Shown one piece after another: positions 24,211-36,745 of a stretch of DNA of 64,000 bases; position 1 is the stretch's first letter, and every line of letters begins with the position of its first letter. The position numbers and the translations under genes were made by a program. This stretch comes from Mobula hypostoma. Lineage: Eukaryota. The notes beneath the pieces were generated by a model. It saw only the letters and a program-made list of their open reading frames with translations, was not told where the DNA came from and searched no databases. The DNA lies in NCBI RefSeq assembly GCF_963921235.1, contig NC_086109.1, positions 744,001 through 808,000 of the forward strand, read 5' to 3'.

Positions 24211-27200
24211 CCAGAATCCAAACACAGTTGGCGGCTCTCTACCTCGGGATCTACAGAGACTGCACCAAGCACCTTCCCAGATGGCACATGTTGCCAAGTA
24301 CTTTCTCTGGAGGGGCTACTGTCTTCATAAAGAGACATGGCTATCTCCGGTGAGTGTCAGCTGTGCCACTCAAAAAGTGCTACATCAGGGGGACCAATAT
24401 CCTGGCAGGGAGATTAGCGAGGGCTACTGAAGTGACTTTAAACTAGAATGGTTGGGGGGTGGGAATCAAATTAAAGAGGCTAGGCGAGAGGAGGTTAGTT
24501 CACAACAGGGGGATGGGAACCAGTGCAGAGAGACAGAGGGGTGTAAAATGAGGGTAGAAGCAAAAAGTAGTAAGGTGAAAAGTAAAAGTGGCAGGCCGAC
24601 AAATCCAGGGCAAGCATCAAAAAGGGCCACTTTTCAACTTAATTGTATAAGGGCTAAGGGAGTTGTAAAAGCGAGCCTGAAGGCTTTGTGTGTCAATGCA
24701 AGGAGCATTCGTAACAAGGTGGATGAATTGAAAGTGCAGATTGTTATCAATGATTATGATATAGTTGGGATCACAGAGACATGGCTCCAGGGTGACCAAG
24801 GATGGGAGCTCAACATTCAGGGATATTCAATATTCAGGAGGGATAGACATGAAAGAAAAGGAGGTGGGATGGCGTTGCTGGTTAGAGAGGAGATTAATGC
24901 AATAGAAAGGAAGGAACTAAGCCGGGAGGATGTGGAATCGATATGGGTAGAGCTGCATAACACTAAGGGGCAGAAAACACTGGTGGGAGTTGTGTACAGG
25001 CCACCTAACAGTAGTAGTGAGGTTGGGGATGGCATTAAACAGGAAATTAGAAATGTGTGCAATAAAGGAACACATAATGAATGCAATAAAGGAAAGTTAT
25101 AACGGGTGACTTCAATCTACATGTAGATTGGGTGAACTAAATTGGTAAGGGTGCTGAGGAAGAGGATTTCTTGGAATGTATGCGGGATGGTTTTTTGAAC
25201 CAACATGTCAAGGAACCAACTGGAGAGCAGGTTATTCTAGACTGGGTATTGAGCAATGAGGAAGGGCTAATTAGTAATCTTGTCGTGAGAGGCCCCTTGG
25301 GTAAGAATGACCATAATATGGTGGAATTCTTCATTAAGATGGAGAGTGACATAGTTAATTCAGAAACAAAGGTTCTGAACTTAAAGAAGGGTAACTTTGA
25401 AGGTATGAGACATGAATTAGCTAAGATAGACTGGCAAATGACACTTAAAGGGTTGACGGTGGATATGCAATGGCAAGTATTTAAAGATCGCATGGATGAA
25501 CTACAACAATTGTTCATCCTAGTTTGGCAAAAGAATAAATCAAGGAAGGTAGTACACCCGTGGCTGACAAGGGAAATTAGGGATAGTATCAATTCCAAAG
25601 AGGAAGCATACAAATTAGCCAGAAAAAGTGGCTCACCTGAGGACTGGGAGAAATTCAGAGTTCAGCAGAGGAGGACAAAGGGCTTAATTAGGAAGGGGAA
25701 AAAAGGTTATGAGAGAAAACTGGCAGGGAACATAAAAACTGACTGTAAAAGCTTTTAAAGATATGTGAAAAGAAAAAGATTGGTTAAGACAAATGTAGGT
25801 CCCCTACAGACAGAAACAGGTGAATTGATTATGGGGAGCAAGGACATGGCAGACCAATTGAATAATTACTTTGGTTCTGTCTTCACTAAGGAGGACATAA
25901 ATAATCTTCCGGAAATAGTAGGGGACAGAGGGTCCAGTGAGATGGAGGAACTGAAGGAAATACATGTTAGTAGGGAAGTGGTGTTAGGTAAATTGAAGGG
26001 ATTAAAGGCAGATAAATCCCCAGGGCCAGATGGTCTGCATCCCAGAGTGCTTAAGGAAGTAGCCCAAGAAATAGTGGATGCATTAGTGATAATTTTTCAA
26101 AACTCTTTAGATTCTGGACTAGTTCCTGAGGATTGGAGGGTGGCTAATGTAACCCCACTTTTTAAAAAAAGGAGGGAGAGAGAAACCGGGGAATTATAGA
26201 CCGGTTAGCCTAACATCAGTGATGGGGAAACTACTAGAGTCAGTTATCAAAGATATGATAACAGCACATTTGGAAAGCGGTGAAATCATCGGACGAAGTC
26301 AGCATGGATTTGTGAAAGGAAAATCATGTCTGACGAATCTCATAGAATTTTTTGAGGATATAACTAGTAGAGTGGATAGGGGAGAACCAGTGGATGTGGT
26401 ATATTTGGATTTTCAAAAGGCTTTTGACAAGGTCCCACACAGGAGATTAGTGTGCAAACTTAAAGCACACGGTATTGGGGGTAAGGTATTGATGTGGATA
26501 GAGAATTGGTTGGCAGACAGGAAGCAAAGAGTGGGAATAAACGGGACCTTTTCAGAATGGCAGGCAGTGACTAGTGGGGTACCGCAAGGCTCAGTGCTGG
26601 GACCCCAGTTGTTTACAATATATATTAATGACTTAGACAAGGGAATTAAATGCAGCATCTCCAAGTTTGCGGATGACACAAAGCTGGGCGGCAGTGTTAG
26701 CTGTGAGGAGGATGTTAAGAGGATGCAGGGTGACTTGGATAGGTTCGGTGAGTGGGCAAATTCATGGCAGATGCAGTTTAATGTGGATAAATGTGAAGTT
26801 ATCCACTTTGGTGGCCGATTAGGAAAAGGGGAGGTGCAACAAGACCTGGGTGTCATTATACACCAGTCATTGAAAGTGGGCATGCAGGTACAGCAGGCGG
26901 TGAAAAAGGCGAATGGTATGCTGGCATTTATAGCAAGAGGATTCGAGTACAGGAGCAGGGAGGTACTACTGCAGTTGTACAAGGCCTTGGTGAGACCACA
27001 CCTGGAGTATTGTGTGCAGTTTTGGTCCCCTAATCTGAGGAAAGACATCCTTGCCATAGAGAGAGTACAAAGAAGGTTCACCAGATTGATTCCTGGGACG
27101 GCAGGACTTTCATATGATGAAAGACTGGATGAACTAGGCTTATACTCGTTGGAAATTCAGAAGATTGAGGGGAGATCTGATTGAAACGTATAAAATCCTA

Positions 27201-28511
27201 AAGGGATTGGACAGGCTAGATGCAGGAAGATTGTTCCCGATGTTGGGGAAGTCCAGAACGAGGGGTCACAGTTTGAGGATACAGGGGAAGCCTTTTAGGA
27301 CCGAGATTAGGAAAAACTTCACACAGAGAGTGGTGAATCTGTGGAATTCTCTGCCACAGGAAACAGTTGAGGCCAGTTCATTGCCTATATTTAAGAGGGA
27401 GTTAGATATGGCCCTTGTGGCTAAAGGGATCGGGGAAGGCTGGTGCAGGGTTCTGAGTTGGATGATCAGCCATGATCATACTGAATGGCGGTGCAGGGTC
27501 GAAGGGCCGAATGGCCTACTCCTGCACCTATTTTCTATGTTTTCTATGTTTCTATACTCTGTAGATGCTGCCTGGCTTCTATCAGGACCTACTAAGAGTC
27601 TGGAACATGGTAACATCAGGCTGACACCAAACTTAGCTAACAAGTCCGAGATGGGGGAGTGGCCCATGTTTGCTCAGCTGGAGTCACTCATCAAACCCGG
27701 AATCTTATCTGGAAGCCTGTCCAACTTTTTCAATTGCTCACTGAGCATATACGGTACATACTTCCTGAACATCGGCAACTGCAGTCCCTTTCAGAAATGA
27801 AGGAAGGAGGCATCTGTGTGGGCTGCCGCTCCACAGCATCCATTTCCTAGCTCTTGTTCACCATCCTAACACACCATACAGTCCCCAGTGGAAGTTTTTT
27901 TATGAGGATGTCCTTGCCTTGCACATTGGGGATCTTGGGTGGAGGATGCTGCATAAAGCAGTGTCCTGCAGTTTCTCAGTTTCTGCACAGATCTCCCAGC
28001 CGCCTGTCATTTCTGTGGGCTGGAAGAGAAGGGTACCACATATACATGGAGTGTGCAAGGCTGCAGCCTCTATTCGCAGATCTGAGGAGGCTATTCCTCA
28101 CCTGGCTGCATTTTAGCCCCACTATTGGCATCTTTCATCATCCAGTAAAGAGGGGTCAAGGTGAAAGGAGGATGTCTGAGTTAACCGGCTTCTGGGGCGA
28201 GCTAAGATAGGTATCCATGGGTCCTGGAGACAGGCAGTGGAGTGTTCTGACTGGGCTGACTGTCTGGCAATGTTCAGGGGGTATGTATGTACCCAGTTAG
28301 CAGTCAAAAAAGAACACGCAGCATACAGGTAACATGGAAATGTTTCGGGGCCGTTAGGCACAGTGGGGGTTAGATGCCGTCCATGATGGGAACAGGAATG
28401 TGTTAGTATAATGTGTATCGTTATACTTTGTTTTGACTTTTGTTTAGTAATATGATTGAACATTAGTGTAGGGGTTTAAATTAGTAATAACAGTAGTTTT
28501 GTTAAAAAGAA
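24211..28511 (+). mobile_element. Tx1-like LINE 3' remnant (24211-24371 and 27556-28511), split by CR1-A
   Basis: QLAALYL..RW; LPGFYQDLLRVWNM; IGDLGWRMLH..ECARLQPLF (zf-RVT-like region); A-rich end. Confidence 0.65.
24372..27555 (+). mobile_element. CR1 family A, near-complete ORF2 (APE EN and RT) with stops and frameshifts
   Basis: ORFs 24452-25102, 25171-25758, 25765-26199, 26219-27184; [26 protein letters not shown]; (TTCTATGT)n tail. Confidence 0.95.
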
Positions 28512-29478
28512 GGGTCAGACAAAGATTGAAGCTCCCTCTACACCATCCATCACACAATTCCAGGGCATGAATCAGACACAGAATGAAACTCCTGATATAC
28601 TGTCCCATCACACACTCCCAGGGTACAGGTTAGACACAGAGTGAAGCTCCCTCTATACTATCCAGTCTCATGCACCCAAGGCATGGGTCAGATAAAGACT
28701 GAAATGCCCTCTACATTGCCTCATCACACATTCCCAAGGAATGGGTTAGATACAAAGTGAAGTTCTCTTATATGGTCGCGTCACACACTCCTGGATCAGA
28801 CATAGAGTGAAACTCCTTCTACAGTGTCTATCGCTCACCTCCAAGGCACAGGTCAGATGCAGAATGAAGATTCGCCCTACACTGCCTATCACACATTCCC
28901 AGAGCACAGGTTAGACATAGAGTGAAGCTTCCTCTACACAGTCCATCACACACTCCAAAAACACAAGTCAGACACAGAACAAATCTCCCAGTACATTATC
29001 CCATCACACACTCCCAGGGTATGGATTAAATACAGAAAGACGCTCCCTCTACATAGCCTGTCACACACTCTCAGAGAACTGGCAAAACACAGAGTAAAAA
29101 TCCCTCTACACTATTCCATCACACACCCCAGGGCACAGATCAGACACAGAGTGAAATTCCCTCTGCCCTTTCCCATCACACACTCCCAGATCATGGGTTA
29201 GACAGAGTGAAGTGCCCACTGTACTGTGCCATCACACACTCCCAGGATCAGACACAGAGTGTTGCTCTCTACACTGTCCCATCACACATTCCCAAGGCAC
29301 AGACCAGACACAGAGGGAAACTTCCTCTGCACTGTCCCATCAAACTCTACCAAGTCATTCATTTAACAGAGAGAATCACCCTCTACACTGTCCTATCTCA
29401 CACTCTCAGGACATGGGTTAGACAAGGTGAAGCTCCAGCAACACTGACCCATCACACATGCCCAGGGTTAGACACAGT
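28512..29478 (+). repeat. ~57-bp minisatellite array
   Basis: many diverged tandem units. Confidence 0.9.
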
Positions 29479-30559
29479 GTGGAGATGTTCTGATTGAGCT
29501 GGGAGAAACCATTGGATAAAGTTATCCTGAGGCATCAGAGAGGGCACAGCATGACTCCTGAACATCTTCATGAGTAGCTGTTCCATTGCGGGAGCTTCTT
29601 CTGTAGTTTTTCCACCTGTTTGGGCTGTATTTGTTGGCGGCCGTTAACTGCGCAGTTTCTCACCACAGCAGCTGGCAATTTGTCAGAAGCTGTTTTTACA
29701 ATTAAGGGAGTGAGAAACTCATCGTTCATCAGAATGAATCCCCTCCCTCTGTCTCATCATGTACCTCAGTTAGTATGAGTGGAGGAGTGTTTCCTAGACG
29801 TCTCAATTCTTTGAGGCCTGAAGTTTTCTCAGGACCATCGGAGCCTTTCCTGGCATTGGAACTCGCTGGCGTTTTACCTAGAGGACCGCTGAGTGTGGGG
29901 TGTTTTCCTATCATCCCAACTTAGAAGATTCCATTACATCTTCCCCTCAATGCCTAAACAGCAAAGGCTAGTTTTAGTGTGATCAGCGATATTTTCCAAT
30001 TTTTTTTTATGTGACCCCACAACCCTGAGGTGGCCGTATCAATGGGATCTGCTAACGCAGCAGCATTTGGGTGAGCTGTGAAAACTTTCAAACTTTCTAG
30101 TTAGGAACACTTCTTGCTTTTTATGTGATGTTATCAGTTGACATAGCTGCATATATACTATAGTTTTGTTTGGTTTTGGACTGTATTGCCACCATGTTAG
30201 ATTGATCACCAAGGAGTAGTGGACCCTGAGGTACTATGTAAAGGCTCCTGCCTCTAAAACTTCAGACAGTGTCCTGTTCAGTCAGTATCGCTTAACGCAG
30301 GGTACAATGCATTTTGCCTTCTGACTCTAGAAAAGTGCTCAGAGGCCATGGAGGACTTGGTTGGTGTCAGCGGCATGCTGGCCTCTGAGAAGGAGTATGG
30401 AAAGGTTGTGTTCTACATGAGGACCGATGAGTTGGCGCATCAGGATCTTGGCGGAGGGTTTATGGTAGAGGAAATTTTCCTCAGTTGGAGTTGGTGACTA
30501 CTCCCACACAGTGGATCATCCTCAGGCTCAAGCTCTTCATCCCCAATGAACTCCAGTAG

Positions 30560-33500
30560 GCGGCGTAGCATAGCAGCAACGGCCTTTCGGATCTGGTGTT
30601 ACTTAATTAAATTTTAAGGCACAATTTTTGATTAGGGCATATGGATACTCAGACCACATCTCTGTTATGATAATCCCAGCATACAGATCGCTCATCAGGC
30701 GCTCCAGACCAGTTCAGAAGCAGGTGAAAACCTGGCCAGCAGGAGCCTTCTCTGCTCTTCAAGACTGCTTTGAGCACACTGACTGGCACATGTTCAGGGA
30801 GGCTGCAACCAATGGCGACTCTACCAATTTAGAGGGGTACACGGCATCAGTGACTAGCTACATCAGCAAGTGCATCGATGACGTCATTGTGGCCAAGACC
30901 ATCACTACATGCGCTAACCAGAAGCCATGGATGACCGCGGAGGTGTGTGCGCTGCTGAGGACCCGAGACTCCGCCTTCAGAGCAGGTGACAAGGCAGCCC
31001 TAACAACAGCGAGGGCCAGACTGTCCCGGGCCATCAGAGAGGCAAAGCGTGCACACGCCCAGCGAATCCACAGCCACTTCCAGGACAGCGGCGACACGTG
31101 GCGTACGTGGAAGGGCATTCAGGTCATCACCAACTACAAGACAACACCACCTGCCTGTGCTGTTGATGCCTCCCTCCCAGACGCATTGAACACCTTCTAT
31201 GCTCGTTTTGAGGCAGAAAATAACGTGGCGGCGAGGAAGACCACCTCTCCTCCAAATGACCAGGTGCTATGTCTTACCGTGGCCGATGTGAGGAGAACCC
31301 TGTGCAGGGTCAACCCACGGAAGGCTGCTGGACCAGACAATATTCCTGGCAGAATGCTCAGAGGATGTGCAGACCAGCTAGCAGAGATTCTCACTAACAT
31401 CTTCAACATCTCCCTGAGCAGTGCCATCGTTCCTACGTGCTTCAAGGCTGCCACCATCGTCCCCGTGCCGAAGAAGTCTTCAAAGTCCTGCCTCAATGAC
31501 TACCATCCCGTTGCATTCACATCCATCACCATGAAGTGTTTCGAGAGGCTCATCATGAGGCACATCAAGACCCTGCTGCCCGCCTCACTGGACCCCTGCA
31601 GTTCGCGTACCGTCCCAACCATTCAACAGATGATGCCATTGCCATCACCCTCCACCCGGCCCTAACCCACCTGGACAAAAAAGACACATACGTTCGAACG
31701 CTGTTCATAGACTTCAGTTCAGCATTCAACACAATCATTCCTCAGAAACTGATTGGATAGCTGAGCCTGCTGGGCCTGAACATCTCCCTCTGCAGCTGGA
31801 TCCTAGACTTCCTGATTGGGAGACCTCAGTCAGTCCTGATTAGAAGCAGCATCTCCAACACCATCAGACTGAGCATGGGGGCCCCCCACGGCTGTGTGCT
31901 CAGTCCACTGCTGTTCACTCTGCTGACCCATGACTGTGCTGCAACACACAGCTCGGACCACATCATCATGTTCACCGTTGACACGACCGTGGTGGGTCTC
32001 ATCAGCAAGAACGATGAGTCAGCATACAGAGAGGAGGTGCAGCGGCTAACAGACTGGTGCAGAGCCAACAACCTGTCTCTGAATGTGAACAAAACAAAGG
32101 AGATGGTTGTTGACTTCAGGAGGACACGGAGCGACCACTCTCTGCTGAACATCGACGACTCCTCCGTAGAGATCGTTAAGAGCACCAAATTTCTTGGTGT
32201 TCACCTGGCGGAGAATCTCATCTGGTCCCTCAACACCAGCTCCATAGCAAAGAAAGCCCAGCAGCGTCTCTACTTTCTGCGAAGGCTGAAAAAAGTCCAT
32301 CTCCCACCCCCCATCCTCACCACATTCTACAGAGGTTGTATTGAGAGCATCCTGACCAGCTGCATCACTGCCTGGTTTGGGAATTGCACCATCTCATAGA
32401 AACATAGAAAATAGGTGTAGGAGTAGGCGATTCAGCCCTTCGAGCCCGCACCGCCATTCAGTATGATCATGGCTGATCATCCAACTCAGAACCCTGCACC
32501 TGCCTTCTCTCCATACCCTCTGATCCCTTTAGCCACAAGAGCCATATCTAACTCCCTCTTAAATATAGCCAATGAACTGGCCTCAAATGTCTCCTGTGGC
32601 AGAGAATTCCACAGATTCACCACTCTCTGTGAGAAGAAGTTTTGTCTCATCTCGGTCCTAAAAGGCTTCCCCTTTATCCTCAAACTGTGACCCCTCGTTC
32701 TGGACTTCCCCGACATCAGGAACAATCTTCCTGCATCTAGCCTGTCCAATCCCTTTAGAATTTTATACGTTTCAATAAGATCCCCCCTCAATCTTCTAAA
32801 TCTGGTGAACCTTCTTTGTACTCCCTCTATGGCAAGAATGTCGTTCCTCAGATTAGGGGACCAAAACTGCACACAATACTCCAGGTGTGGTCTCACCAAG
32901 GCCTTGTACAACTGCAGTAGTACCTCCCTGCTCCTGTACTCGAATCCTCTTGCTATGAATGCCAGCGTACCATTCGCCTTTTTCACTGCCTGCTGTACCT
33001 GCATGCCCACTTTCAATGACTGGTGTACAATGACATCCAGGTCTCGTTGCACCTCCCCTTTTCCTAATCGGCCACCATTCAGGTAATAATCTGTTTTCCT
33101 GTTTTTGCCACCAAAGTGGATAACCTTACATTTATCCACGTTAAATTGCATCTGCCATGAATTTGCCCACTCACCCAACCTATCCAAGTCACCCTGCATC
33201 CTCTTAGCATCCTCCTCACAGGTAACACTGCCACCCAGCTTCGTGTCATCCGCAAACTTGGAGATGCTGCATTTAATTCCCTCGTCTAAGTCATTAATAT
33301 ATATTGTAAACAACTGGGGTCCCAGCACTGCGCCTTGCGGTACCCCACTCGTCACTGCATCTCAGATCACAGGACCCTGCAGCGGTTAGTGAGGTCAGCT
33401 GAGATCACCAGGGTCTCTTACAGACATTTACACCGCACGCTGCATCCGCAAAGCAAACAGCATTATGAAGGACCCCACACACCCCTCATACAAACTCTTC

Positions 33501-33865
33501 TCCCTCTTGCCATCTGGAAAAAGGCAATGAAACATTCGGGCTCTCACGACCAGACTATGTAACAGTTTTTTCCCCCAAGCCATCAGATTCCTCAATACCC
33601 AGAGTCTGGACTGATACCAACCTACTGCCCTCTACTGGGCCTATTGTCTTGTTTATTATTTATTGTAATGCCTGCACTGTTTTGTGCACTCTATGCGGTC
33701 CTGGGTAGGTCTGTAGTCTAGTATAGTATTTGTGTTCTTTTATGTAGTTCAGTGTAGTTTTTGTATTGTTTCATGTAGCACCATGGTCCTGAAAAGCGTC
33801 TATGTACTGTACCAGCAGTTATGGTCGAAATGACAGTAAAAAGTGACTTGACTTGACTTGACTTG
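30560..33865 (+). mobile_element. Rex1/Babar LINE, split by CR1-A
   Basis: ORF 30628-31665 [44 protein letters not shown]; (GACTT)n tail at 33845-33865. Confidence 0.92.
32397..33357 (-). mobile_element. CR1 family A 3' part with small internal deletion
   Basis: ORF 32486-33355; catctca duplicated at 32390-32396 and 33358-33364. Confidence 0.93.
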
Positions 33866-36173
33866 AAGATCTCCTTCCCCATCTTGCCCACTTGGGTCAA
33901 GTAAGATCTGAGATCTCTACCCCACGAGGCATAAGTTCAAGTACCGCACCCTCCGTGACATTATCTCTTCCTGGTGCCAGGCGTTCCTGCAATTGGCCCA
34001 GGAGAAGGATGTTGAGGATCGATTTACCTTGTGGCACTGAGGGGAAAACTACAAGGTATACTGGGGTTCTGAGTGTCTGTAGTGCCATACGAGCAGGGAA
34101 GTGGGGCATTTTCAGAGGGACTGCCCTAAATCTCAGCTCAAGGTCTCCACCTCTGGCACCACTGCCCCCTCTCCCCCACTGCCTACTCCTCCCCCCAAGG
34201 TTCAGGGTGGCGGGGGGGGGGAACCTGAGGCTGTGAAGCGAGGGAGCTGGGAGGGATGGGGAAGAGCCGATTTAGCAGAAAGGCAAACAAGAGGAAGCAT
34301 CGGGGATAACGGACTCTTGGGGATACGCAGCTCATCCACCCCTGTGCCTTGTATCGGGGAATCCACTTGCCCTGAAGGTCGACAGGGTCTGAGGGGAGTG
34401 CCGGGTGGACAAGGTGATGGAAACTGAGGCTGCCAGTGTTTTGGTAGCCCTTACATCGGCATCCTCCTCTGGCCTGAAGACAAGGAGGTGTCCTTCTCCT
34501 GATGGGAAAGAAAGTGCAAAGGTGCAGAAGCCATCAGAGGGAGTGGGACCCACTGTGGAGGTTAACCCCCAGCCTGAACGCCCAGTTGTGGCCTCATGCC
34601 CTGATAATCCCCCTGTGGTGGTGAGGACGGGGGCAGCCCCAGTCCTGTTGAGTGGGAAGACGTCTCCACTGCTTAAGGTGACTTTGCCCTAGTATGGCAA
34701 CTGAGACAGTCCAGGAACCCTCGACCCAGGGCTTTGTGGCTAGTGCCTTCTTAGGGATGGGAGTAACAGAGGAGGGTGGTGAGACAGAGACCAGTTCTCC
34801 CTCTCACAGGACCTGGCTCTGGATGGACCCCTGAAACTTGAGCCTTCGGGCTGCTCCTCAGCCAAGTTCCTGGGCAAAGGATATCCCCATCGAGCCACCT
34901 GTATTGAACCTTTGTTCCTCAGATATTTTGGGGGACAGCTCCTCTGCAGCTGTTCCTTGAGGACTGAGGTGGAGATGAGGTACCAACAGCACAGTGGAGC
35001 ATGGGTTGGCTGGTACACAGGGAAAATGACCGGGACTCCATACAAAGTGAGGGGGTGGAAGGGGATTTTGTTCAACAACCTCTCAGTCCTCAGGCATGGA
35101 AGTTATGCGTGAGTCTCCTTCATGAAACCCATACCATCCTGGAAGACTAATCCACCTGGCTCCTGGAATGACAGGGAGGGGTCTATGTGAGTCACCTCAG
35201 CTCCACCTCCAATGGGGTGCTGATGCTGTTGGCCCCTAGCTTCCAGTCAGAAATAGTACGAGTCTGGAACATGGTTACCTCAGGCCAGGAACCCTCCTTG
35301 CTGGCTGAAGGAATGGCCCAACCCGACCCAATGGATGTTGGTGCAGCTCAGGTGTGTGGAGCGACTGGGCTCACCTCCACTCCCCTGGAGCTGCTTGTTG
35401 GGGCCATACAACTTGAGTCATCTCTTATCAACACCCACAGTCCCTTTCAGGGATACAGGTAGGCGGGTCCTTTTTGGGCTGCTGCTCCACACCTCCATAT
35501 CCTAGCCCTTGTCGTTCATCCGGACACGGCATGGCGGTCTGTCTTCCCACCTGGGAATGAGGGGAGTCCCCAGTGGAAGTCTCTTTATGAGGAAGTTCTT
35601 CCCATGCACCTTTGGGACCTGAGATGGAGGCTGCTGCATTGAGCAGTGCTCTGTAATAAGTTTCTTACTTTGTACATGGATCTCCCAGCCACATATTGCT
35701 TCTGCAGGCTGGAGGAGACCGTGTACCTCATGTACAGGGAGTGTATGAGACTGCAACTCCTTTTCATATATCTTCAAGGGCTGCTCCTCAGGTTCTGGTT
35801 ATATCTTAGCCCCACCCTATTTATACATGGTCATCCAGTAAGAAGGGGAGCAAGGAGAGATGAGGATGTCCTCGTGAACTTGCTCCTAGGGCTTGCTAAA
35901 ACAGCTGTCTGCGGATCCTTGAATCAGGTGACAGAGGGTTATACTGGGCAGACTGCCTGGTAAAGTCCATGCCCAGGTAACCACTGAAAGAGAACACATT
36001 CCAACATGGGTACCAAGGAGGTGTTCTGGGACCATTGGGCTCCACGGGTGATTAGTGCCATTCTTTTTACAGATGGGAACATTTCAGTTTAATTTAGTTC
36101 ATCAAGTAGCTGTGTTTGCAGTATTGTTGAATGCATTGTATTTATAATAAAGGTATTTTGTAAATTAAAAGAA

Positions 36174-36745
36174 GGGTTAGATAGAGACTGAATCTCCCTC
36201 TACACTCTCTATCGTACACTCTGAGGATAACATACAGAATGGATCTCCTACATACACCGTCCATCATGCATTCCCAGGGCATGTGTTGGACAGAGTGAAG
36301 CTCTACCTGGACTGTGCCATCATAAACTCCCAAGACATGGGTTAGACACAGACTGAAACACCCTTTACATTGTCCCATCACACACTCCCAGGGCATGGGT
36401 TAGATACAGAGTAAAGCTACCTCTACACTGTCCCATCACACACTCCCAGGGCATGGCTGAGACACAAAGTGGAAGACCCCTTGCATTGCCTCATCACAAA
36501 CCTCCTGGGCACAGGTTAGGAACAGAATGAAGCTCCCTCTACACTGCCCATCACACTCTCCCAGCGACTTGGTTTGACAGAATGAAACTCCATCTGCACT
36601 GCCCCATCACACACTGCCAGGGTCAGGCTCAGAGTGAAGCTCCCTCTACACCATCTGGCATACACTTCCAGGGCATAGATAATACATGGAGTGAAGCCCT
36701 CTCTAACTTATCCCACCACACACTCCCAGGGCATAGGTCAGACCA
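36174..36745 (+). repeat. ~57-bp minisatellite array
   Basis: same unit; starts directly after the Tx1 tail. Confidence 0.9.

Larger units (their letters stand above)
30190..36173 (+). mobile_element. internally deleted Tx1-like LINE (ORF1, zinc knuckle, EN fragment, C-terminal Cys/His region), split by Rex1
   Basis: LTLEKCSEAMEDLVG...GKVVFY...FIPNEL at ~30320-30555 resumes LLPHLAHLGQV at ~33870; GHFQRDCPK; HETHT..W EN fragment; LWDLRWRLLH, CFCRLEETVYLMYREC; aataaa and A-rich end. Confidence 0.7.

Noticed and set aside
27556..27580. Penelope arm fragment (gatgctgcctggc)
   Set aside because: Reads in frame as Tx1-like LPGFYQDLLRVW, so the similarity is probably coincidental.
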